A stretch of 59,555 nt of DNA, the filler included, from Dugesia japonica (Eukaryota), in assembly GCA_001938525.1 (NCBI GenBank). It is 5 parts of 5 records of this genome, joined end to end, with 100 filler letters (N's around TTAATTAATTAA, not from the genome) between each part and the next. Parts side by side here need not be neighbours in the genome. Positions count along the whole stretch, not along the records: positions 28,911 to 37,363 come from MQRL01584965.1; positions 37,464 to 48,871 come from MQRL01641900.1; positions 48,972 to 59,555 come from MQRL01615910.1; 2 more parts are not named here. The stretch is one strand, 5' to 3'. Of the stretch, positions 35,951 through 50,201 are shown one piece after another. A model generated the notes under the pieces. It worked only from the letters and a program-made list of their open reading frames with translations. It was not told where the DNA came from and did not search any database. A program made the translations under genes and the position numbers. Each line of letters opens with the position of its first letter. The first letter of the stretch is position 1.

Positions 35951-38900
35951 TGCTCAGGACAGTCTAAATGTATATAGTTAAACGTATTTAAGTTATGAAA
36001 ATTTCAAGGAGGGTGTCTATGGAATAAGATATTAATTAAAATTTTATAAGTTAATTAGTTTAAATCAATAAATTATTCATTATTTTTAATGCGTTGTTTC
36101 AGTTACAATCTTGTTTTCCTTTCGTACCATTACATTGCATTACAGCGCCGCAATTATTCTGACAGTTTACTTTTGGTCTCAGGTTGTAAACCAATATAAA
36201 CGTTAGTTTCCATCCAAAATCGTTCATAATTGGACTTTTCAAACAGCTTGCATAATTTTAACTACGCAAAGCTTGATTCAAAATGTGCATTTCTGGTAGC
36301 AGTTATTCTAACCGTTCAAATTAGGTCATAAATTGAACACTTCTACAATTTTTTAAAACCAATCAGTCATCATCGTCAATTATTGACTAGACTCGGATCC
36401 GCAAAATGGAAAGAAATTCCAACGCAACTGTTACTTCTTCAATACATGATATATTTTATATCATTTATACATCTTTGTCACATTTTAAACAACTTTAACC
36501 ATATTAATGGAACTTTTAAACATCAAAGACCATATATTAATGAAACCTTTAAATACATAGACCATATAATTACGGAACCTTTATAGATTTACCTAAATTT
36601 CAATTTATATTATCAATAAATTAACTTTAATTAACTTAAAAATAATCTTATTAAAAAATTTCATTTAAAATATTTAACATATAAAAAAATAAATAAACTT
36701 ACCGTTTTTAATTTCAAATATAATTATAGTAATATGAAATTAAACAATCAATATTGAAATAATAATAAATGTATTCGTAAAATTTTGAAGACTTTGTTAT
36801 CAACAGCCGATACAAAGAAGACAGGCTGTATGTTATTTTAGCAAAAATTGGTTTTTATAATTTAAGTCTGTCGGATGCAACCGTTTTCATGCATACAAAC
36901 TCGTCAGTCATATTTTAAATCGGTCACCTCGAATGACCCGTCTGGTTACTATGTGAAGTCTTTGTCTAGATTAGACAGTGACTGGACCAGAATGATGAAA
37001 TTAATTAATATAATAGTACGATTAAACGGCAATTACCGTTATTTATAATAACTAAAATTGATCGTAGAGACCCTTCTAATATACTATTATAATATTTTAT
37101 ATAATTTTAATTTTTTTCCCATCATTTCTTACTTATATTAAAAATTTTTTTCCTTACTTCCAATTTGGGTCCTCTACGCCCAATTTTCATTTTTCGCTAT
37201 TTTTATAATAATTCCATAACAATAATAATAATACTTACATAATAATAAAAATAATTACATAATAATAATGATAATCTTAATTATACTTTCTGGTCCAGCA
37301 CCTCGTAATTTTGTGTTATGATCATTTTTTAACACTTTCTTTTATTATTATTCCATTTAGGTANNNNNNNNNNNNNNNNNNNNNNNNNNNNNNNNNNNNN
37401 NNNNNNNTTAATTAATTAANNNNNNNNNNNNNNNNNNNNNNNNNNNNNNNNNNNNNNNNNNNNTTGTAATATTTTCAAACAAATTTATTTGGTTTTTTTA
37501 TTTTTAATTAATAATTTTAATTGCTTATTAAAAATTAAAAGTTGAACATAAAACGAAAAAAAATTATATTTTATACATAATCTAATTAATTAATAATATA
37601 TTTATTGAAAATAATTTTTTCATTTTATTTTTAAAATTCATTAAATTAAAAGATTCGATTAAAATGTTGTTTTTTTAAATATTTATTTTATTTGCTAGTA
37701 TTTGGTCTTCTTTGGGAATTAATTATTTTAATATTAAAATATAAATAAATTAAATTAATTACTAAAAATAATATTAATAATAATAATAAAAATTTGATTT
37801 AATTTAATAAAAATAGTAACTATTTAGAAATTACTNNNNNNNNNNNNNNNNNNNNNNNNNATTATTAAACTAAATTTTATTATTGGTAAATTCATTAGTA
37901 AAATTCTTTCACAATCAGCAATTAATGAATTAAGGCTCTTAAAATAATACACATTTAAATTTTAAAAACTCGACTAAAATCATGGAAGTAATTAGCTCGC
38001 CAAATATAATTAATTTATTATTTTTATTAGTCCTTAAAATCGAAGACTAACCAGTAAACTTGTAGAGGTAGTCAATAGAGATTTTTGAGCAATTGATCTT
38101 ATTATTTTCTCTTTCTGTTCGTAGAAACAGAATCGGTTTTAATAAAAAACATTTATTAAAAAAAATAATCTTCTATTCAAATTTTCTTATTTAATTATCT
38201 AAATCTATACATCTACAAATTTTGTAAAATAAAATATAACTAAATTTTAGAACAATATAAAAATATCATAAAAATTTACAATAAATACACTTATAAATTA
38301 CAAATNNNNNNNNNNNNNNNNNNNNNNNNNNNNNNNNNNNNNNNNNNNNNNNNNNNNNNNNNNNNNNNNAACAGAAACTAAATTATGGAAACAACACAAG
38401 ATTTTTTATTATATACAATCAATTAGTGCTCATAATAAAGTTTAAAATAAAAAATTCTTTTCACTTTACTTTCCTAACACTTTCAAAATAAGGTTCTAAT
38501 TAAACCAAGTAAACCAATATTGGAATTTTTAAAAACTTAGAAATAATTTGTAGTTTTTAACAAATTTGAGTACTAAATCACTTTGTTTATTATTTTAATA
38601 ACATATATTATATTACTATTTGTTAAAATTAACCCAAATTGTAAACTATATAAGAAAAATGTAAATTAATTAAATTGGAGTTAAAATTTAAGTTTTTAAT
38701 ACAATAAAAAATTTAAAAAATTGATTATTTTAAATAAATTGAAAATAAATGTTTACAACTTTGAAGCTGATAAAATATTTTAAAATGTTTAAATTTTGAA
38801 TAATTAAATTAAACATTTATTTGATACAATTACTTAATACATTTATCCAATAAACATTTTATTAATTTTAAAAATTCTTAAAAACTTGTTAATTATAATT

Positions 38901-39099
38901 AAAATTATTTTTAAAAAAAAACAGTTAATAATTAAAAAAATTTTCACTGTAATACAATATTCTCATACTTGGAATATCGTTTCAGTTTTGTAACAGTTTT
39001 CACAATTTATTTACATTATTTTTGTTCATTAATGCAAATTAAAAAAATAATTTTGAATTTAAAAATGAGAAATTAATATAGAATATTTTTTTACGAAAT

Positions 39100-39590
39100 A
39101 TCCAATTGTTTTGATTGGACACCATCGAATCATCCAAATAGACGAATCTTTATTTCGGTAATTTATTTTCTTATTTTTTAATTTGTTTCCATTTTCTTTT
39201 TTAAGAAACAAACCAAAATATCACAGAGGTCGTGATCCTGAAAATGAGTTGTGGGTTTTTGGCATTGTTGATGACTCGACTAATGCAAATATATTTTTGC
39301 AATTAGAAGAGAACAGAACAGCTGCCACATTATTACCAGTTATAAGGGCTACTGTTCAGAAGGGTTCTATCATAATGAGTGATGAATCGAAAGCTTATAC
39401 TAAATTAGCGAATGATAAAAATTACATTCATCTAACAGTTAACCACAAGTTACTATTTATTAACAAAAATAGTGGTGCCAATGTACAAAATATGGGGTCG
39501 ATTTGAGGAAAACTGAAAATTAAAATTGTCGGAATGTATAGATTGTATGGTACGGTTAAACCGTCTTACCTAAACGAATGGATGGAGAGA
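39100..39590 (+). pseudogene. Merlin/IS1016 (ISXO2-like DDE) transposase remnant containing a 48-nt intron (39158-39205)
   Basis: IQIDESLF-R|NKPKYHRGR...WVFGIV...NRTAATLLPVI...GSIIMSDESKAY...HLTVNH...YLNEWM. Removing the GT..AG segment restores the DES...KYHRGR motif. Confidence 0.85.
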
Positions 39591-39797
39591 CCAAATATTC
39601 AAATGAATAGTCCTCAAGCAATTTTTTGTTTAATAAATCTATAGATTTTCCATCATGTTTTAATTTTTTAATATAAAATCTATTCATAATTTTTTTAATA
39701 AATCTTTAGATTTTTTAATTTAAAATAAATTTATAGATTTAACAATTGCAATAGTTGCGAGAATTATTGTTGGACATAACCATTAATCGTTTTATAG

Positions 39798-39914
39798 AAT
39801 TCATTTAACATAAAAGCTTTGATCAAAATTTTGGTTTTTTTATTGATATTGGATAGCAATTCGATATCAATAAAAAACCAAAATTTTGATCAAAGCTTTT
39901 ATATTAAATGAATT
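39798..39914. repeat. Long fold-back palindrome (about 51-bp arms) attached to the dispersed repeat core
   Basis: aattcatttaacataaaagctttgatcaaaattttggttttttattgatat / atatcaataaaaaaccaaaattttgatcaaagcttttatattaaatgaatt, 14-nt loop. Confidence 0.9.
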
Positions 39915-41029
39915 ATAAATTTAAATTTATATATTTTTAATCGAGTTTTTAATTTTTTAATTAAAATTTTTATCATGTTTTTAATTTGAACAACTTGGTC
40001 AAAAAAAAAGATGATCCAATTTTTATTACCTTCTTTGAGTTCTGAAATATGATATTTTCAATCATTTCTTCTATTATTGAATCTAGGTCTATAGGTAATT
40101 AATCATTATTTTATGTTATAAAATATTAAAAAAAATAACAACAACAATAATCAATTTTATTAGTTTTGGTCCCAATGAGGACCTGTAAACATAATAAAAT
40201 CAAAGTTTTGAGGCCCCAAAGAAGACCATTTTGTTTCTTCTCATTTTCTTTCTTTTTAAAATAGAAATAATTATATAATATACAACATAAAATAAATATA
40301 TACCTTTGTTTGAGCTACTTTTCTTCATGAGGCCGCATCGAATTGATGGTCTTATAAGAAAAAGTATATTTATTTGGTTTTATAGTGTCCATAAGATACA
40401 CTTTCATTTTTTTCTAACCAGTTTAGATTAAAGATTGGTTTCTGGTAAAAACAGAAGAGTGAGTCTTATTTAAAAATAAGATATACAGGACCGTGGATGA
40501 TAAGCAAGTTTCTCAGTAATTATAATTTAAAATTAGATGATGGGATGAAAGTAATTCATCGAAATTTTCAACAAGTTAAATGAATCAATGGAAAATTCAG
40601 AAATAAAAAAGAAACAGTTGACGCATCAATCATTAGTACTACATATTCGAAATTTAACAACAGTGATGTAAAACTTGTTCTTATAGACAACTATGAACAA
40701 AGCAAAAGGCGATATTCAACGAGAGAAAAATGAAGCCAAATCCCAAATATATTATCAACTCTTAAAAGAAANGGGATTGTGATATGTGTTTTAATAATAT
40801 TAATTAATTAGTGTAGGTTTTTTAAATAATTTAGTTACCCAAGTTTCTTTATTCAATATCAATAGCAACATCTTATGCAGTTTTTAAACCAAATGAACCA
40901 ATTCGTTTAAGAATAGATAAAGCAAATCTACCTATTGTTCTCAAGCATCCGAAACCTTACTGTTTTCCAAGAAAGTATCGTAATTCTCTACCTATCTGAC
41001 TAGTGCTATGAAACAGTATCAAGATTCAT

Positions 41030-41870
41030 CATTTATATTTTTTAAATGTAAAGTTAAATGTGTTTTTGAATCTGTTGCAAAATTGATTAATTTTTTCTTG
41101 TCATCGCGTATATTAATTTCTATATTGTTTATACATGTTGGCGGAACGTTACTCCTTCATATCTGCAAGTGAATATTGTTGTTTTTCTAATCCTAATGTT
41201 TTTGTCAAGACTTTGTCAAATGTGAAAGTTTTTACATCACCATGTAGTGTGAATTGAAATGGATAATTTGCGTTGATAAGACATTTTTTAAATAGTTGAG
41301 AACAATTTTCTGTAAATTATTTACTTAATTGTTCTATTTCTGTTATGTATAAATTATCCTTAAACGTAATATTAAAATAATTTACTATTGAATAAACCAT
41401 TTTCATTTTTATTGTTTCTATGGAAGAATCATCTTTAAATTTCGTGTTCATACATGTTGTAGATGTTATTTGGTTAGACTTAAATCCAAAATTGAAGTTG
41501 TGTGTTGTTTATACATAAAGAAATATAAGTTCATACGGATACTCGTAAGTCAAAGTTAAGTATATCTCATCAGATATTGCAGCAATTTCATTTGGATTAC
41601 TTGGTTTTTTTCTTTTTTATTACATTTTTTCTTTGCTATTAATCGTACTAACTATATCATTTGTTATATCGCTTTATGACATGAAATCAATATTTGACTA
41701 GTAATACACTGGGAATGGAGAATTTACAAAGGTGAAATTCAACAATGCAACTTCGAACTAACCATCCAAATAAATCGGTTTTTGACGCTCAACAATGAAT
41801 TTACTAGCAGTATTTTCCAGATGAATAAGCGGAAAAATATTACTCGGTAAAATTGTACAGTATTTATTTG
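41030..41870 (-). pseudogene. Decayed Polinton minor capsid (penton) gene of a different type
   Basis: N-term YCTILPSN...ENTASKF....KPIYLDG*FEVAL (FYxTLPSN type). C-term INNIEINIRDD...INF.....LTLHLK. Confidence 0.75.
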
Positions 41871-41899
41871 ATCTTATCTGAATGTATTTTCTTCGTTAA

Positions 41900-42640
41900 C
41901 TATTAGTGACGCTAATTTCAAACTAGGTTTTTCATACCCATGCCACTTTACATAGTATTGTTTATTTTTACTACTTCCTTTGATTTGATAATTTTTTAAA
42001 TTCTACATATCTCTGGCGGTGGAATGACTTGTAATTCTTGCTCATAGAACTTTCCTTGCACGAAATTATCTTCATAATCTTTTACGTTATTTGAAATACT
42101 TCATCATTTTAATTACTTTTGAAATTCTGAATAAAATGTTAAGCTGATATTTTCTGATATTTGCTTTTGGATGTTTTCGCAATAACCATAACTTAAATTG
42201 ACTGTTTGAACTTACATTAACCAACATTGCTCTATTTAAATCTTCGTGACACGAATGATTATAACTATGTATAAGTTTCGGTAAAATTTAAGTTTTATTA
42301 CCAACATGTACAAAGTACTTTTTCAAAGAATCTTTCAATGTACGATTAAATCTCTACATTGGCAGCTTTGTGTTGTGAGAATACACTATAATGGTTTATT
42401 TTTAAATAATTAATAAGTTAATTCACTTTGGAATTGTTAAATTCTTTAAATTTATGTTTGTAAATTATCTGGGTGTACACCTTTGAACATTGTTTTGAGT
42501 GCTGATTTCATATCATAAGCAGATTTCAATTAAACTAGAATAACTCTTGAAAATCTACTGAATACATCGATACATGTTAGAGTATACTTGTAACCTTTAT
42601 TAATTTTTGAATATAGAATCATTTCAGAAGCAATTTCCAT
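41900..42640 (-). pseudogene. Decayed Polinton retroviral-like integrase with chromodomain
   Basis: GYKYTLTCIDVFSRF, RFNRTLK and QYYVKWHGY. Confidence 0.8.
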
Positions 42641-42809
42641 TTTTGAGCTGCTTTCATCAGTTTTTCTACGCCTAGAAAAACCTACTAGGTTTTTGGATCC
42701 GATATATTCTCTTCAGTTTTACTCCCATTACAACAATTCGATAAGATTTTCAGGTAAAAATTAGTTGAAATCCGCCCATTAGTTTTTTGAAATGATTTAA
42801 TCATAGTAC

Positions 42810-43102
42810 TGCCTATGCAATCGGTAGTAATGTTGCTATGCAGTCACCTCCTTGATTATTCATTACTCACCTCATCAATGTCTTATTTTTTGTATTTACA
42901 AGAGTTACTAATGTTCTTTTATGTTTTTTCTATGCTTCCTTTTTTGTTTACTGAATACTAGATTACCACTAACAATATTTATAATAATCTCAAGTAAATC
43001 ATCCATAACATACGGTGGAAATGATTGTAAAATTTTCATTTTCAAAGATTTTGACGATTTAATCAATGTTTTAAAAGACGGAATACTTCGTTGTAATTTC
43101 AT
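42810..43102 (-). pseudogene. Decayed small basic Polinton protein with C-terminal QGG + hydrophobic tail
   Basis: LLEIIINIVSGNLVFSKQKRK...QGGDCIATLLPIA resembles the CECxxNxLxGNV...QxGGFLxxLL protein found between ATPase and integrase. Confidence 0.6.
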
Positions 43103-43419
43103 TTTTATTACAATAAGACACACATTTCAGTGAATTGTTTATATTGATATCTATTTTATATTCTTCATTTGAAGTTTCTATCAGTTCCGTTTTGCCAGCT
43201 TTTAAATATATTCAATTATTTATAATTTACATGTAGCTTCTTATGTAATTGTTTCTTATGTGATTTTTTCCTCTTTTCCCATCTTTTTTCTTCACAAAAG
43301 ACTGTTTTCGTTGTTTAACACCACAATTATAAGCTGGTTAATCAATAATAAATTTTTAAAAATTTTCCATTTAATCACATGAATAAAATTATCTAGTTTG
43401 TTTAAACACAGTTATACTA

Positions 43420-44000
43420 GTTTGACTGAATACATCGATCTCACTTTATATTCATCTGGGCATTGTTATGTAAAGTCAAGAAATAGATATACATGCGGTT
43501 TTTCTGTTGCATCTTAAAGTGATTCAATAAAAAAATGCCTATTATTAGGATAAGACTGTCTTGTTAGAAAATCAGCAACTGTTTGATATCTAGGATTTTT
43601 AAATAGAACCAAGTATTGTACGTTTAAATTTCGCGTTCTGTGACTACCACCTTGTTAAAATAGATTTTTAATAATGAATATCACAGTCAAATTAGGATGC
43701 CTCGAAATCTTTGTGAATAAATTATTGAAATCTTTTTCTTTATTTGCCTCTTGATACAGATCTTCAACAACAATAGCATCATTGGGTTTCAATCTCTTGC
43801 CCCAATTTTCATCGAATTCGTTTATAATCTTCATTTTAATACTATAAAATTCTTATTGAGTCAGTTCATTTTCTTAATCTGTAAATCTATGAGAGTTAAA
43901 TTTCGACTTGGATAAATTTGATTTCAGTAATTTACATACAAACAAAGTTTTTTCGCGACCACTAGGTTGAAAAATTTGATAGACTTAACCATTTCGTAAA
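43420..44000 (-). pseudogene. Decayed Polinton packaging ATPase (A32/FtsK-like)
   Basis: Degenerate Walker A PSGREKT, Walker B IVVEDL, LFTKISRHPNLTVIFI, RTRNLNVQYLVLFKNPR and DATEKPHVYLFLD. Confidence 0.8.
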
Positions 44001-44025
44001 TTCTTTATTTTTTATTTTGTCATAA

Positions 44026-45432
44026 TTAGTATATTTCTTTTGTCGAATCAATAAATTCTGGCTTATAACTTATTGAAGCAGTACGAATAAGCTCAGTTAA
44101 ATGTTCATTTGTTAACAGGATACGGTGTTTCGGTTTAATAAATTTTATTCTTGAATACAAATATTCACAGCTGTACGTTGTACTAAATATCAAACTTATT
44201 TTACATGCAACATTCTTCAAAAGAATGTATTTTGGTTGATCAAAAAATTTCAAAGGTTTTATTGGAAATTGTCACGATTTTTACTGCATATTTAATGAAA
44301 GATCTTCCTGAATTCCTTGCCTCCAGTAGGTTATTCAGATAACAAATACCTTGGGTAGATAGAGTCGTAGCATCTTTAAGTGGTACTAAATCTAGCAATT
44401 CTTCAATGTCTGTCACTTTTGTAAAGACATCGAATATATACCGCTAATTGAGAAATATCTTGAATATCCATAGATTCGTCAAGAGCTAAACCGAATAATA
44501 TACTCTTATTTATGTTTTTACCAGCTGTTCTACAGTCTTGGCTGAATTCCGTAATACGTCGTTCAATTGTATAACGCGAAATTTGTGATAAGAGCTTTGT
44601 ATTATTGAGATTCAAAATCTTGAAAAACGTCTTCAATATTCTTCATCCATATATGGAAGTTTAGCACGAGCAATATTCCAAAATATAGCTAAACTAGACT
44701 TGGTTGCAGTACTATTTTCTTTGTTAAATGAGGACTATAAATTTTGCTGACCATGTAGCCCAGGTGTTAGAGATTTTAGTTTGTTGGTACTTATGATTGA
44801 ATTATACGGATAATCGACAATAAATTTATCATGATTTTGTTGGTAGAGCTATTTTAAATTATTTGCTTTATATTGCGCGAGTGGTTTATTACAAATAAGA
44901 CACAATTGTTTTCCATTTCTATCAATGAATGTAAAATCATTTTTCTATTCATGTCTGAAATTTGATTTTCATTCTGTACAGTAAATTTAAAATTCAGTGA
45001 TTTATTGAAAAAAACGTTAAGCGTTAAGAACATTCTTAAATTAAATCGAAAAATATTGAATTTAGTAGATGAATACGTACACACAAAGATGTTTTTTGAC
45101 AAGTTACATAGAAGTATCACAAAATTAATAGAAATTGTATAGACGCCACTAACTATTTTATGAAATTGCATTGAAGTCATTAAAAAAATCCTTGTAGGGT
45201 GAGCCAGTGTGTACGTATTGACCTATTGCAATTGCTTGTAAACAATGGATATTGGAATATTTGGTATTAAAATATACTCGTATTTATTTATAAACAAAAA
45301 TTACATGGTATGAAAATAAATAAAATAATATTAAATTCTTGTGTGCGAGGAGTTGTATTTTTTAATTTAAATTTTTGCCAGACTGATAATTTTTTTCCCG
45401 CTTTGGCTAGAACCGCAGTTTGGTCACCATAA
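44026..45432 (-). mobile_element. Decayed hAT transposon (SPIN/GTF2IRD2-like)
   Basis: SRYTIERRI, LALDESMDIQDISQLAVYIR and FSTTYSCEYLYSRIKFIK...LTNEHL. TIR-like (rc) GGTGACCAAACTGCGG at about 45414-45428. Confidence 0.8.
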
Positions 45433-48400
45433 ATCTATAACCATATAATATCTATTTTATAAATTCTCGATAAATACAATTTATGAAATAATTTTAATAT
45501 TGTCTTGAATCATAATTATGCAATTTTTATTGTATTTTGTTTCCTTAATTAAAAAAGCAAATGAAGCAAGTTGTTACTTTAAATAATTAAATTTTGTTAA
45601 AACATAATCTTAGAAGAAAAGAAGAAAATTNTGTTTCAACTGAAATTCTAAATATAAATTATAAAACGAGATGAAATTATTCAAGTAGACACGCATAGGT
45701 TACTTCACGGACATTGTCTAATTAGAGTGTGTGAACAATTTCTTTTTAGTCAGAAGAATTTAATTTCTTTTATATTCAACATAAGCTTTGATTATAAATT
45801 TTTCAATTAATCCTGCAAATCTATATTTATTTCAGTCCTCAATATATTAGAGTGTGAATAATACACTTAAAGAATTATTATTTAAATCCCTTTTTACGGT
45901 GTTGGATTTAGATTTATTGACGAACTAAAGTATTAAGTAATAACTAACAAGCATGCACTACACCAGTCTACATTAACACTACAATAACTTGCATAATAAC
46001 ATAAAACAATATCATTTATACAACATGTTCAACAAATCAAGCAATTTAACAATAAAATAACATCCTCAATTGAGCAATGTATCTGAACTCCGAATTAAGA
46101 CACAGTGTAGCTATCCTGCAAATCAAGTGACAATAATTTTATGTCTACCTTTAATCTAAACTTATGATTTTGTATAAATGTTGGGCTAGAACAGACATTT
46201 TAAAATAGAAAACTTGTGAAATTCTATCAACGAGAAGAATTGGAAAGGAATAAAATAATTATATGTGTGAAGTTTTAAATTATGGATGGATAGATAAAAA
46301 TATTAGTAAAAAGCGAACAGAAATTTAGAATTAAATCAAAAGCACAAAAATAATACAAGATAGACAGGTCCTAGAAAATTAGTTATGGATATAAGTGTTG
46401 GGTTACTAGGCTTTTTGATGTTGTTTATTTATCGTTCTTCGAAATCTTTCTGTTATTACTTTCTTGACTGCATTTCTTCCTCTTTCTTGATTATCGTTTT
46501 TGTCTGGGGGATGATACCTAGTAACCACAGAAATTTGCGTTGCTTTCTCTAGCAACACNATCCTCCATTCCCGGATTTAGCGGTACTATGCTGTATCCCG
46601 TCTTGTGTATTCAATTTCTATTATACCCGGCTCTCGACTATTCGATGTTAATGGTCTTCATTAATTATTAATAATATTTTCAATTAATACAATTTATAAA
46701 GAAACTTTATTTCAGTCACATTCTATCATGCATCTAAATCGATAATCTCTTTGATCCTTTCTTTATCCATCTCCTTTTTCGGTTCAGACACCTGTGTGAG
46801 TGTACGGACCATTACTATCATCGTACTCTCTCGGTCTGCATATGATTTGATAATGTTGGGTATCGCTCGACATGATTGAGATAGAGCAAGGTCTCGTTCT
46901 TTCAGCTTAGTATTCTTTTCACGTAACACTGAGTTCTTTCGTTGTAACTCGGCTATTTTGTTTTGTAGTTTCTTTTGCAACGAAGCCAACTTTTTCCGAA
47001 TGTCCGCTAAGGAAGAATCAGCGGTTATCTTTCTGGCATTAGACACTGCAATAATTAACAACATTAAATTGATTATTATATGGTTCATCATACTTATTAT
47101 CAAATCATTTATAAATCAAAATCAATATAATTTTGTGATGAATTTATCAATAACTCTTTCTAATCAGGTGAATAGTTTCTATCGTTATAAAATCACGACA
47201 AGAAAAATGTTTGAGCGAAAACTATATTNCTGTTAACACACTAATTTAACANTAGTTTCTTGAACATCAACAGTTTCATCAAATGGCACCAGGACTTGAT
47301 GCAGCACAGTCTTAATTTCAGCAGTTAATCGCTCCTACATCTTAGTATACTCTTCTGCTTCGATCTGTGTGAAACTTGATCTCTGTATTAGCCGTTGTTG
47401 ATGTTGATTTAACTCTGTTGATCAAATGAGCAGTGACACCAGTTCTTTTTCTTGTTGTTCTTGCTATGTCATCATTTCCGCGAGTCTACTCTCGTATGTC
47501 CGCTCTTGCAGTTCCACTCTCTTCTGTAAGTCGTCTAGTATTAGTACCTTCTGTTTCAGTGCCTCCTCCTGTTTAATCAACTGTTTCCTCATAGTTAGCA
47601 GTTCACGATCCTTTTGTCGAATGCGAACCTGTGTGATCCACCATGGATCTATATCAGTTCCATATTCACTATTGAAATCCCACAGATCCGGCATATTGTT
47701 TGCACTGTTTGTCTGGAAGAAGCATCCTTCTGATTTTGATGATTCACTGGCCACTGTTCTGGTAATCGATTTAAACATTCTAAATACCAACATTAATCGT
47801 TTGCATTTATCATATTTAATAATTCATAATACAAATAATAATATCTAATAATATCTACTTATTTAATTTAATGTTATTATAATGAAAAATTGAATGTTAC
47901 TCTTTTACTATGAGCCTTGACCAATCAACGATAACTTGTCATTGCGAATGGAGTTGGATTCTCTATCTCTATTAATAATTCAGCTTGATAATCAATTCAC
48001 ATTCTCTCTTAAAAAATCTTTGTTGAATTGTAATTCATCTTGACAATAAATTCCCCTTAAATCTTTATCGATATATACTTCATCTTTATAATCATTTTCA
48101 TATTCACATGTTATCTTGAGAGATCCATCCCCCTTCTAATGACGATTGATCCATCGGCCATTATCATTTTGAAATATATGAACATCGTTTCATTATCATT
48201 AGCTATCTGTAATCATCTATAATAAAACTAACAAATATTAATCGAATGAGATAATATTTTCATACACATTTACAATCGTGCCAGTATAATCATACAAAAC
48301 AATAATATAGANGTTAATCTAAAAGATAGAATTCAACCACCACGTATCCATATTTATTAGTAAACCGAGTCTCCTTTAATTCTAGCATTCAACAATCAAA

Positions 48401-50201
48401 TTCATCTCATTTAATTTAAATTGCATCTCTCATTATCGACCAACAACATTATCTATCCTCACACATCTATTAACAATTGTCAACATCATTATCCTAAATA
48501 TCACATCTCTCCAAAAATTATATTCTCATTTACTAATGACCAATATTCCTTTCGTATTAACCATCAACATCTCGTTCAATATATCAAAAACGACCCTCAC
48601 AACATCTATTAACCTTGCTAACACAATAACATCTTTTATTAATTAATATCTTTCATGACTCTCGTGCATATTTATAATTAATGGTGGATAATCTCGTATT
48701 ATTCGGATCTCTGAGCACTGATGCCCAACGTTGCCAATATTGTTAGTCAACGATATAAGTAGGTAGATCCTAGCGCACATAAACACCCCCTCCCCCACCC
48801 TCAAGGTCAATTTTTTCAAGGTCAAAGTGTTTATGTATACTTGATTGTGATTGGTGGAAATTTTTTCAAGGNNNNNNNNNNNNNNNNNNNNNNNNNNNNN
48901 NNNNNNNNNNNNNNNTTAATTAATTAANNNNNNNNNNNNNNNNNNNNNNNNNNNNNNNNNNNNNNNNNNNNTAGATTTTATTAGTTTGATGGAAAAATGT
49001 TTAAAAATACTCAATTTAAATACCAAACGACCAAAATTTTAAATTTTTAATGAAAAAACCAGCCCTCTTTAGAGTTAAAAAAAATGTATTGATAACAAAA
49101 AAATATTCTTGGTTTTGTTGAGGTGAAACACCGAATAAAAGAAGTAAAGCAAGAAGTTGATAAATAAATAAAAACATAAAGAAGAAAATGATGCAGAAAA
49201 ATCCATAAAAATGATTAGTACAACAATTAATAATAGTCTCAAATTAATTAGAAAAATAACGATTACAATTTATTAATTTAAAAGTTAATTACGAAGAAAC
49301 CTAGAAATAATAATAAATGATATGGAAAATAATTAAAACGCATTAAACAGAAGAAGCATGACCGAAAATAATTAAGAAAATTCCAGAAAATTTATTTAAT
49401 TTAATTAGAATTAATAGGAATAAATCAATGAAAAATAAGAAAATATTAATTATTAAGTATANAAAAAANGAAAGTCATTGGACGGAAAAATGAAAATGTC
49501 AGATAACTTTGGGCCTGGAATTAGAAAATCAACGGGATAAAAAAATATGAGCAGATTATCACCAGAGAAATTTGATTTTAGCAAAGTTAAAAACTTAGTA
49601 ACTTCAGAAAAGTCAGGAAAGAGTCAAGAAAATTTAGCCAATAAGGTACCAGAAAAAAGAGTTGAAACAAAGAAATGAGAATCATGTGATTATTATAAAT
49701 AAAAATCTAAATTAAAAATCTCTAAAATTGGAGAAAAGAGCCAACAGAAAGTCTATAAAAAATTCTAAAAGGTTGGTCCAATAGGAGCCAAATCGGGGTG
49801 TAAACAAAACGCGATATAAACTCCTCGAAAAATAGTAGAAAATGTCTAATTTTTGTGGTAAAATTTACAGTCAAGCTTATACTCGAATCTTTAAGCAGTT
49901 CTTAGTCAATTTTGTCGATAATTTTGTGATCAATTACTTGGGAACCCGTTGCAGAAATTAGACTTTTAGCAAGTAATTATTTATTGTCTAAATGTATGAT
50001 GATATGATAAATATACTAATTATATAAATAACTCTAGCACTGTTTATTTTTAAAGCATGAAAAGGCAATATATTAATTTTATTTTAATCTGTCGTAGTTA
50101 AATTAATAAAGAGACGTAAAATACACACTAACTTCCGTGTTTGTAGTTACTATCATAAGACAAACCGACTCAAGTTTATTTCATTTGTTTCTAATACCAA
50201 A

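Noticed and set aside
40480-40960. Gypsy-like scraps (YTGPW; EPIRLRID)
   Set aside because: Too short and degenerate to delimit as a feature.
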